Assembly: GCA_951406725.2 (NCBI GenBank)
Contig: OX597814.1
Coordinates: forward strand, 96,782,001-96,846,000
Source: Octopus vulgaris
Taxonomy: Eukaryota
Direction: 5' to 3'
Length of the DNA: 64,000 nucleotides
The notes beneath the pieces were generated by a model. That model was not told where the DNA came from and made no database searches. It saw only the letters and a program-made list of their open reading frames with translations. The position numbers and the translations under genes are program-made. Positions 52,120 through 64,000 of the stretch are shown here, one piece after another. The stretch's first letter is position 1. Every line of letters starts with the position of its first letter.

Positions 52120-53124
52120 ATCTGAAGTGGAGTTTATGCCTCAGGGTTTCTTTTAACTGTTTCCTTTCGTAGGAATTTTGTCCTCGCTTGATAACATTGT
52201 CAGGTTTTTGGCTGTTTGAAATAAGAGAAAATCGAAAAGTTTTGTGTGTGTGTTGTATTTATTTCTGTGGATTATTTTGAATAATAAATAATAAGAAAAA
52301 ACGGAGTCTTTCTTTAATAAATTTAAATGCTACAGTATTTGAAAACTCTTAACGTAACTGCTTCTGTAATAATTAAATAACAAACTAACAAAAACTACTA
52401 ATTAATATTAAAATAACCATTTATACACAGATCACCTGCATCCTTACTAATTTTCCTATCCATCATTTTGTATATATGTGGAATAGTTTTCAATCAGTAC
52501 AAAGAGCTATTTTTCAATTAAAACAAAACGCGATCTTGGATTTTAGGTACATATATCTGCGTAAAACCAAAGATCACCCCCACCAAAAAGAAAAACAGAT
52601 TTTTTTCCTCTCTTTTTAGGCATCCTACCCTTCTTCAAAAATATCCAGTAATAAAATAATTAGATGTCATTTGTTTTTTACACGTTTGTTGGCATGACAG
52701 ATTACTTGCGTGTCTGTTCTATTTCCGACACAAGAGAAGCTAGGAAAACCTAATTTTAAAAATTCTTTTGTACATGAATAAAAATTTTATACACACAACA
52801 GTTTATTCAAGCACACACACACACACACAATCATTGTGTTACCTGTTCATACGAACATGACTATGCCATTTACAATAGATAACTAAAAAGTACTTGGTCG
52901 GAATGTTAATGTTTTATTAAAATAAGCAAATCCAACAACTGTCGGACTCAATGTGCTCAGTTCTAAATAACACACATACGTGTGTATGGTATGTTTATGT
53001 AAGTATGTATGTATATATATATATATTAGATAGAGAGATACAGAAATATATATATATTTACGTGTGTGTGTGTGTGTATATATATATATACTTGTGTAGC
53101 ATGAGAAGCAGATGTAAAATTTCG

Positions 53125-53161
<37 letters not shown>

Positions 53162-55219
53162 ATAACCGGTTATATGTGTTTTTCGTTGTTACTATCCTGT
53201 TTAATTTGTTTCACGTACCGACAACAGAGCAGGTTCTTTTTTTAGTCAAAGGAGTTTTTTTTTATATATATACTAAGGTTATACTGCTTTCCCTATTAAG
53301 TATTGTCGTAATCGTAGCGACTGTAAAGTAGGCATATACATACATGTATGTTTACACACACATATGTATGTATATTCTTATATATATTCCTGTCACAATC
53401 TGGGACCTTGAAGACTGCTTTAATGCAAGAAAGTATACTAGTCCCTTAATATTTGATCTCTTCAATAAGACAATCAATACTTCATTTCATTTTACTATAT
53501 ATACTATTTATAATATATATTCTATGTTCTACATTAATATTATAAAGAATATAAATAAAACAAAAAAACAGAGTTGGAATTCCTTTGAATAATTTATATA
53601 TCCCTCTATACACAATCATACAAACCCCTTTTTATTTATATATATTCGAAATTTTAGTTTATCTTATTTTATTTTTAGAAAGTTGTAGGGTTATTTAGTA
53701 TGTACCTCCATCTCAACGTCGTATGCTGAGCCAGCTAGATGTGTATATACTACCAAAGAAGCCCACCCAGTTTTTTGAAAAGCGAAATGGTACGAAATAC
53801 AGTTACACATTGGCAGATAGCAACACAATTCTTTTCAGATATTTATGGCTCTAACTGTTAAGAGTACGAAGTACACTCAAATACTAACCACGTGTAGAGT
53901 AAAAAACAATCGTTACTGTTTTGGTTAACGTTGCGTCAAACATTTCTTCCGTTTATATTAATACAATGTTAGTGAGTGAACATCGAATAATACCCGATTT
54001 GTTTCTATATCGTGTAATTTTTTTGTCTTAAACATCCGATCGACCTTTTGTATATATTATAAGTAAAAGATATCTAATTATAATTTTTATTTTGTCACTT
54101 TATATAAACATATGTGGTGAGCTAGTTAATGAAGGAAAGCCTTGTTTGTTTGCATAAATAGCTACTTGAGTGCCCCTCTCTTCAACTTTGTCTCCGTATA
54201 ACTTTTTAATAATGCATATTTTCTATTGTAGTTTTGAGGAGCTGCCTTTAAAGGTGTACGTGACAATTATGTTGATAATTTTTATTTGTGGGGGAATAGG
54301 ATTTTTTTTCTTTTATTGGTTAAAGAAGTTCATACTGTCTAAGTCATACAACTTGCTCATGTTCATCGCACAATATAAAATAGATTTAAAAAATCTATGA
54401 TATCATGATATATATTATTCATGATCAACATGAAAGTGGGAAACACGATTTAAAAAAGTAACATTTTTGCGTTCAAGTCTTACCTCTGAATGCTTTCGGT
54501 TTCTAAGTATGCAGAACGTAGACAGAATTTTTTTAATCGCGCCTTTCAATTTCGTGTTGAGAATTAATAATTAGTATCAATCAAAATAATGTCTTATATG
54601 GTGTGTAATATGAGCAAGTTATTGAATGGTTTAATCGCCTCCCCACCAATAAATAAAATAAAAAATTTCATCAACATAACCCTCATCCTACCTTCGAAAA
54701 TGTATCTCTGTAAAATTACACTTAAAATAGACAGTAAGAAATTAAAACATAATCTATTAGATCATTTGTTGTTGCTCTTTAACCCTCCATCAGCTTGACC
54801 AGCAGAGCTGACTCGATAAAAATAAATAGCATGTTTATAAGGAAGTATTTATAACACGCCTCTCCCGACACAAGTTTATTTAGATGACATTTAATACAGT
54901 TTGGCATGTTCGTAACGGTCGTTGTTGCAGATAGAGGATGCTGGCAATCAGTGGAGAGACTAAGCTCGACCCACATACCTGGTTTTGCTTTTTGTTTTAT
55001 CGTTGTTGTTGTTTTCTGCTCATAAGGCTGAGTATTCAACTGACACGTAAATCCTTAATGTAATTCCCGGAATTGCACTAGACTATACATTTTGAATTCC
55101 TGGTACAATAAACCTAGTGGGCTTCAAAACAATTTTCGTCTATTCATTTTCACTCTATCGAAAATTATATAATCCCAGGATGTCACGAACTGGATAACCC
55201 ACGGTTATAAAGTAAACTT

Positions 55220-55515
55220 TTTAACTGTCAGTCATTAGATTGCGGCCATGCTGGGACACCGCCTCGAATCAACTTCAGTACTTATTATTTTAAAAGCCTG
55301 GTACTTATTTTATTGAGTTCTTTCGTGTAACCGCTACGTTACGGGGTCATAAAAACACCAATACCGGTTGTCAAGTGGTGATAGGGGACACGCGCGTGCG
55401 CACATTATGTGGGTGTGTGTGTATTTACACACACACACAAACAACGGGTTTCTTTCAGTTTCCGTCTAGACTAAAAAAATCAACTTACAAGGCTCCGGTC
55501 GGCCCGAGGCTATAG
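55220..55515 (-). mobile_element. Family B SINE, 5'-truncated at the satellite
   Basis: CTTTCAGTTTCCGTCTA...CAAGGCTCCGGTCGGCCCGAGGCTATAGTA matches family B. Confidence 0.8.
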
Positions 55516-56122
55516 TATATATATATATATATGTATAATATACATATATATATATGTATAATATACATATATATATATGTATAATATACATATATATATA
55601 TGTATAATATACATATATATATGTATAATATACATATATATATGTATAATATACATATATATATGTATAATATACATATATATATGTATAATATACATAT
55701 ATATATGTATAATATACATATATATATGTATAATATACATATATATATGTATAATATACATATATATATGTATAATATACATATATATATGTATAATATA
55801 CATATATATATGTATAATATACATATATATATGTATAATATACATATATATATGTATAATATACATATATATATGTATAATATACATATATATATGTATA
55901 ATATACATATATATATGTATAATATACATATATATATGTATAATATACATATATATATATAATATATATATACATATATATATGTATAATATACATATAT
56001 ATGTATAATATACATATATATATATATATATACATATATATGTATAATATACATATATATGTATAATATACATATATATGTATAATATATATATATATGT
56101 ATAATATACATATATATGTATA

Positions 56123-56155
<33 letters not shown>

Positions 56156-56665
56156 TGTCTAAGATATATATATATATGTATAATATACATATATATGTCT
56201 AATATACATATACATATATAATATACATATACATATATAATATACATATACATATATAATATACATATACATATATAATATACATATATATGTCTAATAT
56301 ACATATACATATATAATATACATATATATGTCTAAGATACATATATATATATGTATAATATACATATATATATAATATACATATATATGTATAATATACA
56401 TATATAATATACATATATATGTCTAATATACATATATATATATATATATGTATAATATACATATATATATATATATATGTATAATATACATATATATTAT
56501 ATATGTATAATATACATATATATTATATATGTATAATATACATGTATATATATATGTATAATATAATATATATATATGTATAATATATATATGTGTATAA
56601 TATATATATGTGTATAATATACATATATATATGTATAATATATATATCTATAATATATATATATA
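55516..56665. repeat. 21-bp near-palindromic minisatellite (ATGTATAATATACATATATAT)n, degenerating rightwards
   Basis: Direct reading; gives the 7-aa repeat ORFs (MYNIHIY)n. Confidence 0.95.
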
Positions 56666-59379
56666 GTGTGTCTATGTGTGTTTACGAGTTTTATGTCTTT
56701 GGACTGCTGCCATGCTGAGCACTACCTTGAATCGTTCAGTCTAACAAATCACCCCCCAGTACTTCTTAATTTTTTTTTTTTTAAGTCTGGTATTTATTTT
56801 ATCATCTCTTTGCGAACTTGCGCCATGATTTGAAATCAATGTTTAGTACAACTCACGACTGTCAGTTAATCGGTTACGTGAAAGTGAGTCTTTTCACTTT
56901 CAGTTAATCAATAGTTTACTCTATCTTTTGTGTTCGCATGATATCTTCTGCATTTTGTTTTGCACCTATGTGCTTGCGTGTGTGTATGTGGATGGATGGA
57001 TAGATAGATAGATAGACGCGTGCACGCACACACTCAATGTCTCCACTTTGCTAGGACCATGCTGCCCGCCCTCATATAGAATTTTAATTATATTAGTTGA
57101 AGTGTGACAACTTGGAAGTGTTGCACTCTCTCAAGATTTACCCCACCACTAAGAAACTTGCGGGAAATTGTTCAAATATCAAAATATTAAAAGGTAGAAA
57201 AAAAAGAAAGGTGGCGAATTGGTGAAATCTCTAGAGCGTTTATTTGTTGTAACTTTCTGCATTCTGAGTTCAAATCTCGCCGAGGTTAACTTTGTCTTTC
57301 ATCCTTTTGGGATTACACTGATGCCAAGCTGTGCCTTTCTCTTACACAGAATCGGTCGCAGAAGGGGCACGAACGTGCCTAGGCAATTGCCAGTCTCCTG
57401 AATATACACACATACATCTTGCGTAGGCCTAAGCCTACATGTGCTGATACACGGTCACCCTGACCGATTGAGGCCTTTGGGTAAAGGGAATAAACATAAA
57501 TGATGCAATTAACATAAATGGAACCTTACAAACAGTTCGGGTAATTTTGTTAAAATGATGATGGTAAAAATATTTTAAGAAACATTATAATTGCTAACTT
57601 TAAAAGTTTTAAATAATTAAGGAAAAAAGCTGGACCGATATGGTTTTCTTCACGAACAAATGTTATAACTGCGACTTCCTTCTATCATGGGAACAAGGTT
57701 GAGATGACCCGAGATATTAACAATATAAAAGTCTAACATTTTGTTGATATCAAAGCTCTTCGTAGATATAGGTTGCATAGTGCATGCATTATATGTGTTT
57801 ACTACTTAAATACCGTATATTTACTGCAACCCAGCATAACCAGGATATTACAATCAGGAGAATTGTAAAGGTAAATTTAAATAAGTAAAGAATTTTATTG
57901 TTTAATATAGCTGATATTATTTTTTAAAAAGTTTTAAGCAAGTTTTTAAAGCTAAAACGTGCTCAGTTAATTTGGTTACTGGGTCAGTTACTGGTTCGTA
58001 TGTCATAGATTCCACCCACTAGATTCTAATCTTCGTAATAAATACCCAAACCCAGTGAAGAATTTAACCTGGGTATATAGTATCTTTCAAGCTCTCTTCC
58101 TTTCTGTGGATGCTTGTCTTTAATATGTGTATTTTCTGAAATCCCGGGAAATTCTTAAGTGCGGGTATGCACCTTCCCTCTTATGTGCCCTACACAAATC
58201 ATTTAATGATAGTTAGAAATCAGTTCACATTTACAGTTGGATGCTTAGTAAGGTTTGCTTAATTATTTCTATACAACTGTATTTTGTTAATAAGTCAAAC
58301 CTAAGTTTCTTTCGGATACGGCTGCTACCATATCTATACATAATACTAACGTCTTTGTTCCCATCACAAACCCAAATAACACAGTTGTTTAAACCCTTAA
58401 TTATTAAAACTAGCAGCAAGTACTGGAAGTTGCCTGAGTTTATAAATAACTAAAGCAAATTACACTTGCGATTAAAACATTTTAATAAAGAGTGAAAAGT
58501 TTATTCGCCGGGACTGAGGGGTAACGAGCAAAGCCTTACGTGGTCTCTCTTGCTAGAAATAACAGCCAAGTGTGTGTGTATCCATTAGCTCTTAAAAGAA
58601 GGACACATGTTGACCTGAATATACAAAATGTGGTCAAGGCTGAAAAGTCTGTGACCTCGATCGTGGACCACTAGTTGCTTTCTTTCTTGAGCCCAATTAT
58701 GGTTATAAGCTGTGTAATGTCTGAAGTACATATTTCTATCGAAACTGCGCTTTAAAAAACGTAATGCGGTGACGAAATAGAAATAAAGAATTTTTATTTA
58801 TATTTCACATTCATTTTGGTAGTGAGTCGCTTCAAGGAATGTGTGAAAAGATTTGTTAAAAGCGATACGATAAATAACTATAGACGATGTATGGAATAGT
58901 TTCGCCATGTAATTCAACTGCTGTTTTTCGAAGAGAAGTTATAACTTCAACTTCTCTTCCAAAACTGGAGCTAGCATAACTTAACATTATCTACAGCTTG
59001 CTTAAAGATTAAAATAATAATAATTTATTATTATTTAATATTATTTTATGATATCTGGTGTCAAAATGTACTTGAATATGAAGTTTTGAGTGAATTCAAT
59101 AAATGACGAATGAAAAAGATACACACTCACAGGCATGTGTATCTTAAATGCTTTGAACTACGCAAAAGAATAATTTCAAATAAATTCCGAATGTTTCTAT
59201 TCTCTAAATAGAAGGAGCTACTTTCCTGGAAATTACGACCAGCCTTTCTTTAATAAGATTATTAACGCATATAGCAGTTAACCAGACCGCATATAATTCA
59301 AGTTTGCTGCAATATATGTTTAGTAAAAATACATCTGGTTTCTTGTAATTTACACATCAATTATTATACTAGGTAATAA

Positions 59380-59411
<32 letters not shown>

Positions 59412-59957
59412 ACATATACATGCATACTAGATGGTTTATCTCTCCTTGTTTCTACCACCTCTATCTATCTGTCTATTACTCTGTCAATCATACGATATAC
59501 CTTTGAACTAGAACTTAACAATCAACAAGCAGTTGGTGAATTTTTAGTGTTTGTATGCTGAGTTAGAATAAAATCTTGTGAAAGACTGTGGGAATGTAAA
59601 ATTTATCGCAATTCCACATTAATTGGTTGTTAGCTGGGGAAAATAAAAACAGGGGAAAGAACTCAACTTTGCTAACCAATAATAACACGGATGTATGTCC
59701 TCTTTTGCAGTTTGTTTACACGACACTAAATATTTAGAAATTAAAAAGTTTGTTATGATTTACATTTATAATTGTGGTTAGTGAGATGAGAGACAAAAGC
59801 TTGAAATATTTTAGGACTTAGAATTTTTGTTACAGTCCTATTTTCAAGTTTATTTTCTGATGTTTTCACTTTGTATATATTTATGCATGATCAATTTCTC
59901 TCAGTAGAAATGTCTAAATTTCAAGTTAAGAGGATTTTATATGTATACATTATATAT

Positions 59958-60245
59958 GTGGAGGCGCAATGGCCCAGTGGTTAGGGTAGCGGACTCGCGG
60001 TTTCGATTCCCAGACCGGGCATTGTGAGTGTTTATTGAGCAAAAACATCTAAAGCTCCACGAGGCTCCGGCAGGGAGTGGTAGCGATCTCTGCTGTACTC
60101 TTTCGCCACAACTTTCTCTCACTCTTTCTTCTGTTGGCCTGCTCGCTTAGCCAGCGGGGTGGCGTCATTTGAAGGCTGAAACAATGCGAAGCGCATTGTG
60201 ACTAGCGATGTGTAGCAACATCTGATAGCCTGGTCACACACTGTG
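59958..60245 (+). mobile_element. Family C SINE
   Basis: GGAGGCGCAATGGCCCAGTGGTTAGGG...GGTTTCGATTCCC tRNA-like head, followed by the family C body. Confidence 0.87.
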
Positions 60246-60374
60246 TCACTGTGTGTAACATTATATATGTATGCGTGTGTGTATGTTTATACGCCGAATT
60301 TCTTTCATATGAATCATCGGTAGTGTCGGAATTTCCAACGAAGCTGCTAATGCATATATTCTTTTACTTTTTCC

Positions 60375-60677
60375 CTTCATTTGTTTCAGTCATTAGACTG
60401 CGGCCATACTGGGGCACCTTAAGAGATTTTTTAGTCGAATGTTTCGATCCCAGTTTTTTTTTAAGCATGGTACTTATCCTATCCATCTCTTGCTGAACTG
60501 TCAAATTACGGGGTCGTAGACGGATTGTCAAGCTGTGATGGCGGACGAACACACACCGCTGATAAGGATTTGGTCGGTCCGAGGCTATAATAGAAGACAC
60601 TTGCCCAACGTACCATGCAGTAGGGCTGAACCCGGAACCATGTGGTTGGGAAGTAAGCTTCTTACCACATAGCCATA
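60375..60677 (-). mobile_element. Family B SINE
   Basis: Homology to 27272-27845. Confidence 0.85.
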
Positions 60678-60831
60678 TGTGTGTGTATGTAATATTTTGG
60701 ACTAATGGGTATATGTCAATTGATGTGTTGAGTGAAGTACTGGCATGGTTTGGGCCACCTGGTATCATCCGCAGTTGGGGTATATCCCTTGGATCTACTT
60801 CAGGAATCCCGTAGTGTTAGTTGAAGTAACA

Positions 60832-60982
60832 ATGAATTAAGGAAACAGAAGATGGATTTGGTATTGAACCCAGACTGCAAAACTGATGCAACACAAAATG
60901 AAGCACAACATCCCACAGAATAGGTTGAAACGATCGTCGTACGGAATAAAAACTATCCATCTTCTGTTTCCCTAATCAATTA
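60832..60982 (+). repeat. Short inverted repeat enclosing a decayed hammerhead (pLTR relic)
   Basis: GGAAACAGAAGATGGAT / ATCCATCTTCTGTTTCC; inside, CTGATGc-AAC...GTT-GAAA-C-GATC-GTC. Confidence 0.65.
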
Positions 60983-61020
60983 GTGTGTGTGTGTATAGAT
61001 ATAGATATATATGTGTGTGT

Positions 61021-61182
61021 GTTGGCCATGCTGGAGCACCGCCTTTAGTCGAGCAAATCGACCCTGGGACTTATTCTTAGTAAGCCTAGTACTTATTCTA
61101 TCGGTTTGTTTTGCCGAACCGCTAAGTTACGGGGACGTAAACACACCAGTATTGGTTGTCAAGCGATGTTGAGGGGAAACAA

Positions 61183-61222
<40 letters not shown>

Positions 61223-61307
61223 GTGTGTGTGTATATACATATATACGACGGGCTTCTTTCAGTTTGCGTCTACCAAATCCACTCACAAGGCTTTGGTCAG
61301 CCTGAGG
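61021..61307 (-). mobile_element. Family B SINE (3' two-thirds)
   Basis: Homology to 62995-63345. Confidence 0.85.
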
Positions 61308-61309
61308 TT

Positions 61310-61570
61310 TATGGAGTTCTTGTTTTTATAACTACCCAAAACCAGCCAGAAGGATAGACATATTGTTGAGAACAATAGATTTCGTTGGCAGTCTATTATC
61401 TCTAGTCTAGCTTTTGTAGGCGTAGAAGAGGTTAGAAGGGTCAAGTGGTAAAGACTTCTGCTTAGTGAAGGCATCTGGCACATGTAACTGCTGTCACTCA
61501 CAGAAAAGCTATTATTTTACTGTGAGAATAGTACTGTTGTACTGTTAAGTGATATTTGACCATCAAGGAT
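61310..61570 (-). mobile_element. Partial copy of the LTR-like repeat at 7732-8425
   Basis: Shared TTCTTGTTTTTATAACTA...CCAGAAGGATAG...TAGCTTTTG...GTAGAAGAGGTTAGAA. Confidence 0.75.
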
Positions 61571-62034
61571 TTTTGCTAAACCGCTAGGTTACAGTGACAT
61601 AAACATACCTACATCGGTTGTTAAGCGATAGTGGGGGTACAAACACAGATACACAAATATATACACATATATATATATATTCGAATTAATCCCTTTTTTA
61701 AAAGTCTGGTACTCATTCTATTGATCTGTGTGTGTGTTTACATGCATATAAATAGTGTATGCATGCATATGTACATGTATACACACCATCATACAAGCAA
61801 TGTTGTACGTTTCCAGTCTTAAATGAAAAACATCTCTGGCCATAGGGAAATATTATTTTGTTGGAAAACAGATGAGGGTTGGCAACAGGAAGGGCATCCC
61901 ATTGTAGAAAGCCTGTCCCCAACAAATTCTATCTCACCCATGCAAGTATGAAAAAGTGGATGTTAAACAATGATGATGATATATACCTCAGCATGGCAAC
62001 AGCCCTTAAGTTGAAACTAGGAAAAACAGATAAT

Positions 62035-62440
62035 TATCATCATCATCATCGTTTAGCGTCCGATTTCCATGCTAGCATGGGTTGGACAGTTCAACTGGGG
62101 TCTGGGAAGCCTGAAGGCTGCACCAGGCCCAGTCTGATCTAGCAATGTTTCTACGGCTGGATGCCCTTCCTAACGTCAACCACTCTGTGAGTGTAGTGGG
62201 TGCTTTTTACGTGCCACTGGCACAGGAGCCAGACGAGGCTGGCAAATGGCCAGGATCAGATGGTGCTTTTTACTGCCACTGGCACGGGGTCCAGGCGAGG
62301 CTGGTAGCGGCCTTGTTGGGATGGTGCTTTTTACATGCCACCGGCACGGAGGCCAGGTGAGGCTGGCAACGGCCACGATCAGATGGTGCTTTTTACGTGC
62401 CACCAGCACGGAGGCCAGTCGGGGCAGCGCTGGCAATTCA
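62035..62440 (-). mobile_element. Family D repeat with internal ~50-60-bp tandem units
   Basis: GGTGCTTTTTAC(G)TGCCAC(C/T)GGCAC recurs at ~62199, 62262, 62323 and 62384. Confidence 0.87.
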
Positions 62441-62544
62441 GTGATATTGATATCATCATCATCATCATCATTGTTTAACATCCACCTTCCATACTGGCAT
62501 GGGTTGGACAGTATATTGTATATAATTATATATGTGTGGCTATG

Positions 62545-62923
62545 GGCACAAATATGGTTGTGTCATCAGAAGTTTGTTTCCCAACCATACCATTCCAAGT
62601 TCAGTCCGACTGTGTGGCATCTTGAGCAAGTGTGTCCTACCCTAGCCCCAAGCAGACTAAGTCCTTTTGAGAAGGTTTCATAGATGGAAACTGAAAGTAG
62701 CCATCATGTGTATGTGTGTGTGTGTTTGTCCTCCACCACTACTTGATTACCAGTGTTCGTTTGTTTATGTTCTCTTGCAGCAGACTGACAGGATAAGTAC
62801 TGATGCCTACTTATTTGACTAAAACCCTATAAGCTGATGTCCCAATATCATCATAGTCCAGTGATTGACATAAAAGATAAAGATATATACAATATACATA
62901 CCCACATACATACATACATACAT

Positions 62924-62954
<31 letters not shown>

Positions 62955-63345
62955 CATACATATACATATATATATACACATATATTTATTTGTATTCTCT
63001 TTCTCTTTTCTCTCTTTTACTTGTTTCAGTCATTTGACTGCGGCCATGCTGGAGCACCGCCTTTTAGTCGAGCAAATCGACCCCAGGACTTATTCTTTGT
63101 AAGCCTAGTACTTATCCTATCGGTCTCTTTTGCCGAACCGCTAAGTAACGGGAACGTAAACACAGACACACAAACACACATATATACAACGAGCTTCTTT
63201 CAGTTTCCGTCTACCAAATCCACTCACAAGGCTTTGGTCAACCTGAGGCTATAGTAGAAGACACTTGCCCAAGGTACCACGCAGTGGGACTGAACCCGGA
63301 ACCATGTGGCTGGTAAACAAGCTACTTACCACACAGCCACTCCTA
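62545..63345. mobile_element. Two family B SINEs, tail-to-tail
   Basis: 62545-62880 (+, diverged) and 62995-63345 (-, well conserved). Confidence 0.82.
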
Positions 63346-63421
63346 TGCCTTATTAATAATGAGAAATATATATATACACATATATTTATTTGTATATAAA
63401 TATTATATATAAATATATATT

Positions 63422-63541
63422 ATATTAAATTAGAGATAAAACCGCTATTAGGCAAATCTAACTTAAATTAATTTTAAGTATTGGCTTATGTTTTTCACTG
63501 TTTGATTTGCCTAATAGTGGTTTTATCTCTAAATTAATATA
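63422..63541. repeat. Imperfect inverted repeat, ~40-bp arms
   Basis: TTAGAGATAAAACCGCTATTAGGCAAATC / GATTTGCCTAATAGTGGTTTTATCTCTAA. Confidence 0.85.
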
Positions 63542-64000
63542 ATATAATATAATATATTTATACTGTAAAATTGGATTTAATCCTAAATCTAATTTTTCCC
63601 TGTAAGTTTGGATTTATTCCCTATTATTATTATTATATATATATATATAGATAGATAGATAATTATATGAATGCTTAGTCCACATGTATTTGTATTTAGA
63701 ATATGTATTTTTGTGTGAGTGCATGTGCACGTGCTCACATGTTTAGGCTTTGCTTTCTATTTTGAGCTCTCAATATCCTGGTTTTCTATGACATGTCACT
63801 CCCTCAATGTATTAGCATGCAAACTGGCCAAGTATTTCCTTGACGTAATTCTCGTGTAGAATTTAGCCAATTTCACTGGTAAGCTTTTGCTACTCTGAAG
63901 CCATGATAAAGGCACGTACAAAAGATATCAGCCAATGGGATTGGACCTGACACCTATGGAACCATACAACTATGCCGTCATCCACACACCTACACTCATA

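Noticed and set aside
59958-60020. tRNA gene
   Set aside because: The tRNA-like head continues into a SINE body found in three copies; no complete cloverleaf.
62195-62440. CRISPR-like repeat-spacer pattern
   Set aside because: The spacers are similar to each other, the array lies inside a eukaryotic SINE-like repeat, and there are no cas genes.

Overview
AT-rich, repeat-dominated animal (eukaryotic) genomic DNA. The mix of tRNA-derived SINE families, dense (TA)n/(CA)n/(TACA)n/(TAA)n microsatellites and LINE fragments suggests an octopus/coleoid cephalopod; this is inferred from repeat content, not shown. No intact host gene, rRNA, tRNA gene or CRISPR array could be identified, and most ORFs in the track are microsatellite translations. 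Recognisable coding remnants are all retroelements: four R4/Dong-type RLE LINE pieces in or next to (TAA)n tracts, three Tx1/L1 pieces, one RTE and one CR1 3' end, and several Penelope-like elements (PLEs), including Naiad-like relics. Also present are piggyBac-, hAT- and mariner-type MITEs, a probable solo LTR and dozens of SINE copies. The most notable signals are: (i) type I hammerhead ribozyme motifs in PLE terminal repeats, two with an intact-looking core; (ii) three perfect inverted duplications of flanking DNA embedded in (TA)n tracts; (iii) apparent shared use of (TAA/TTA)n by SINE, Dong and Tx1 elements; (iv) several long isolated hairpins; (v) a possible bidirectional promoter with candidate exons near 23.6-24.1 kb. 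Coordinates were read by eye and element edges are approximate.
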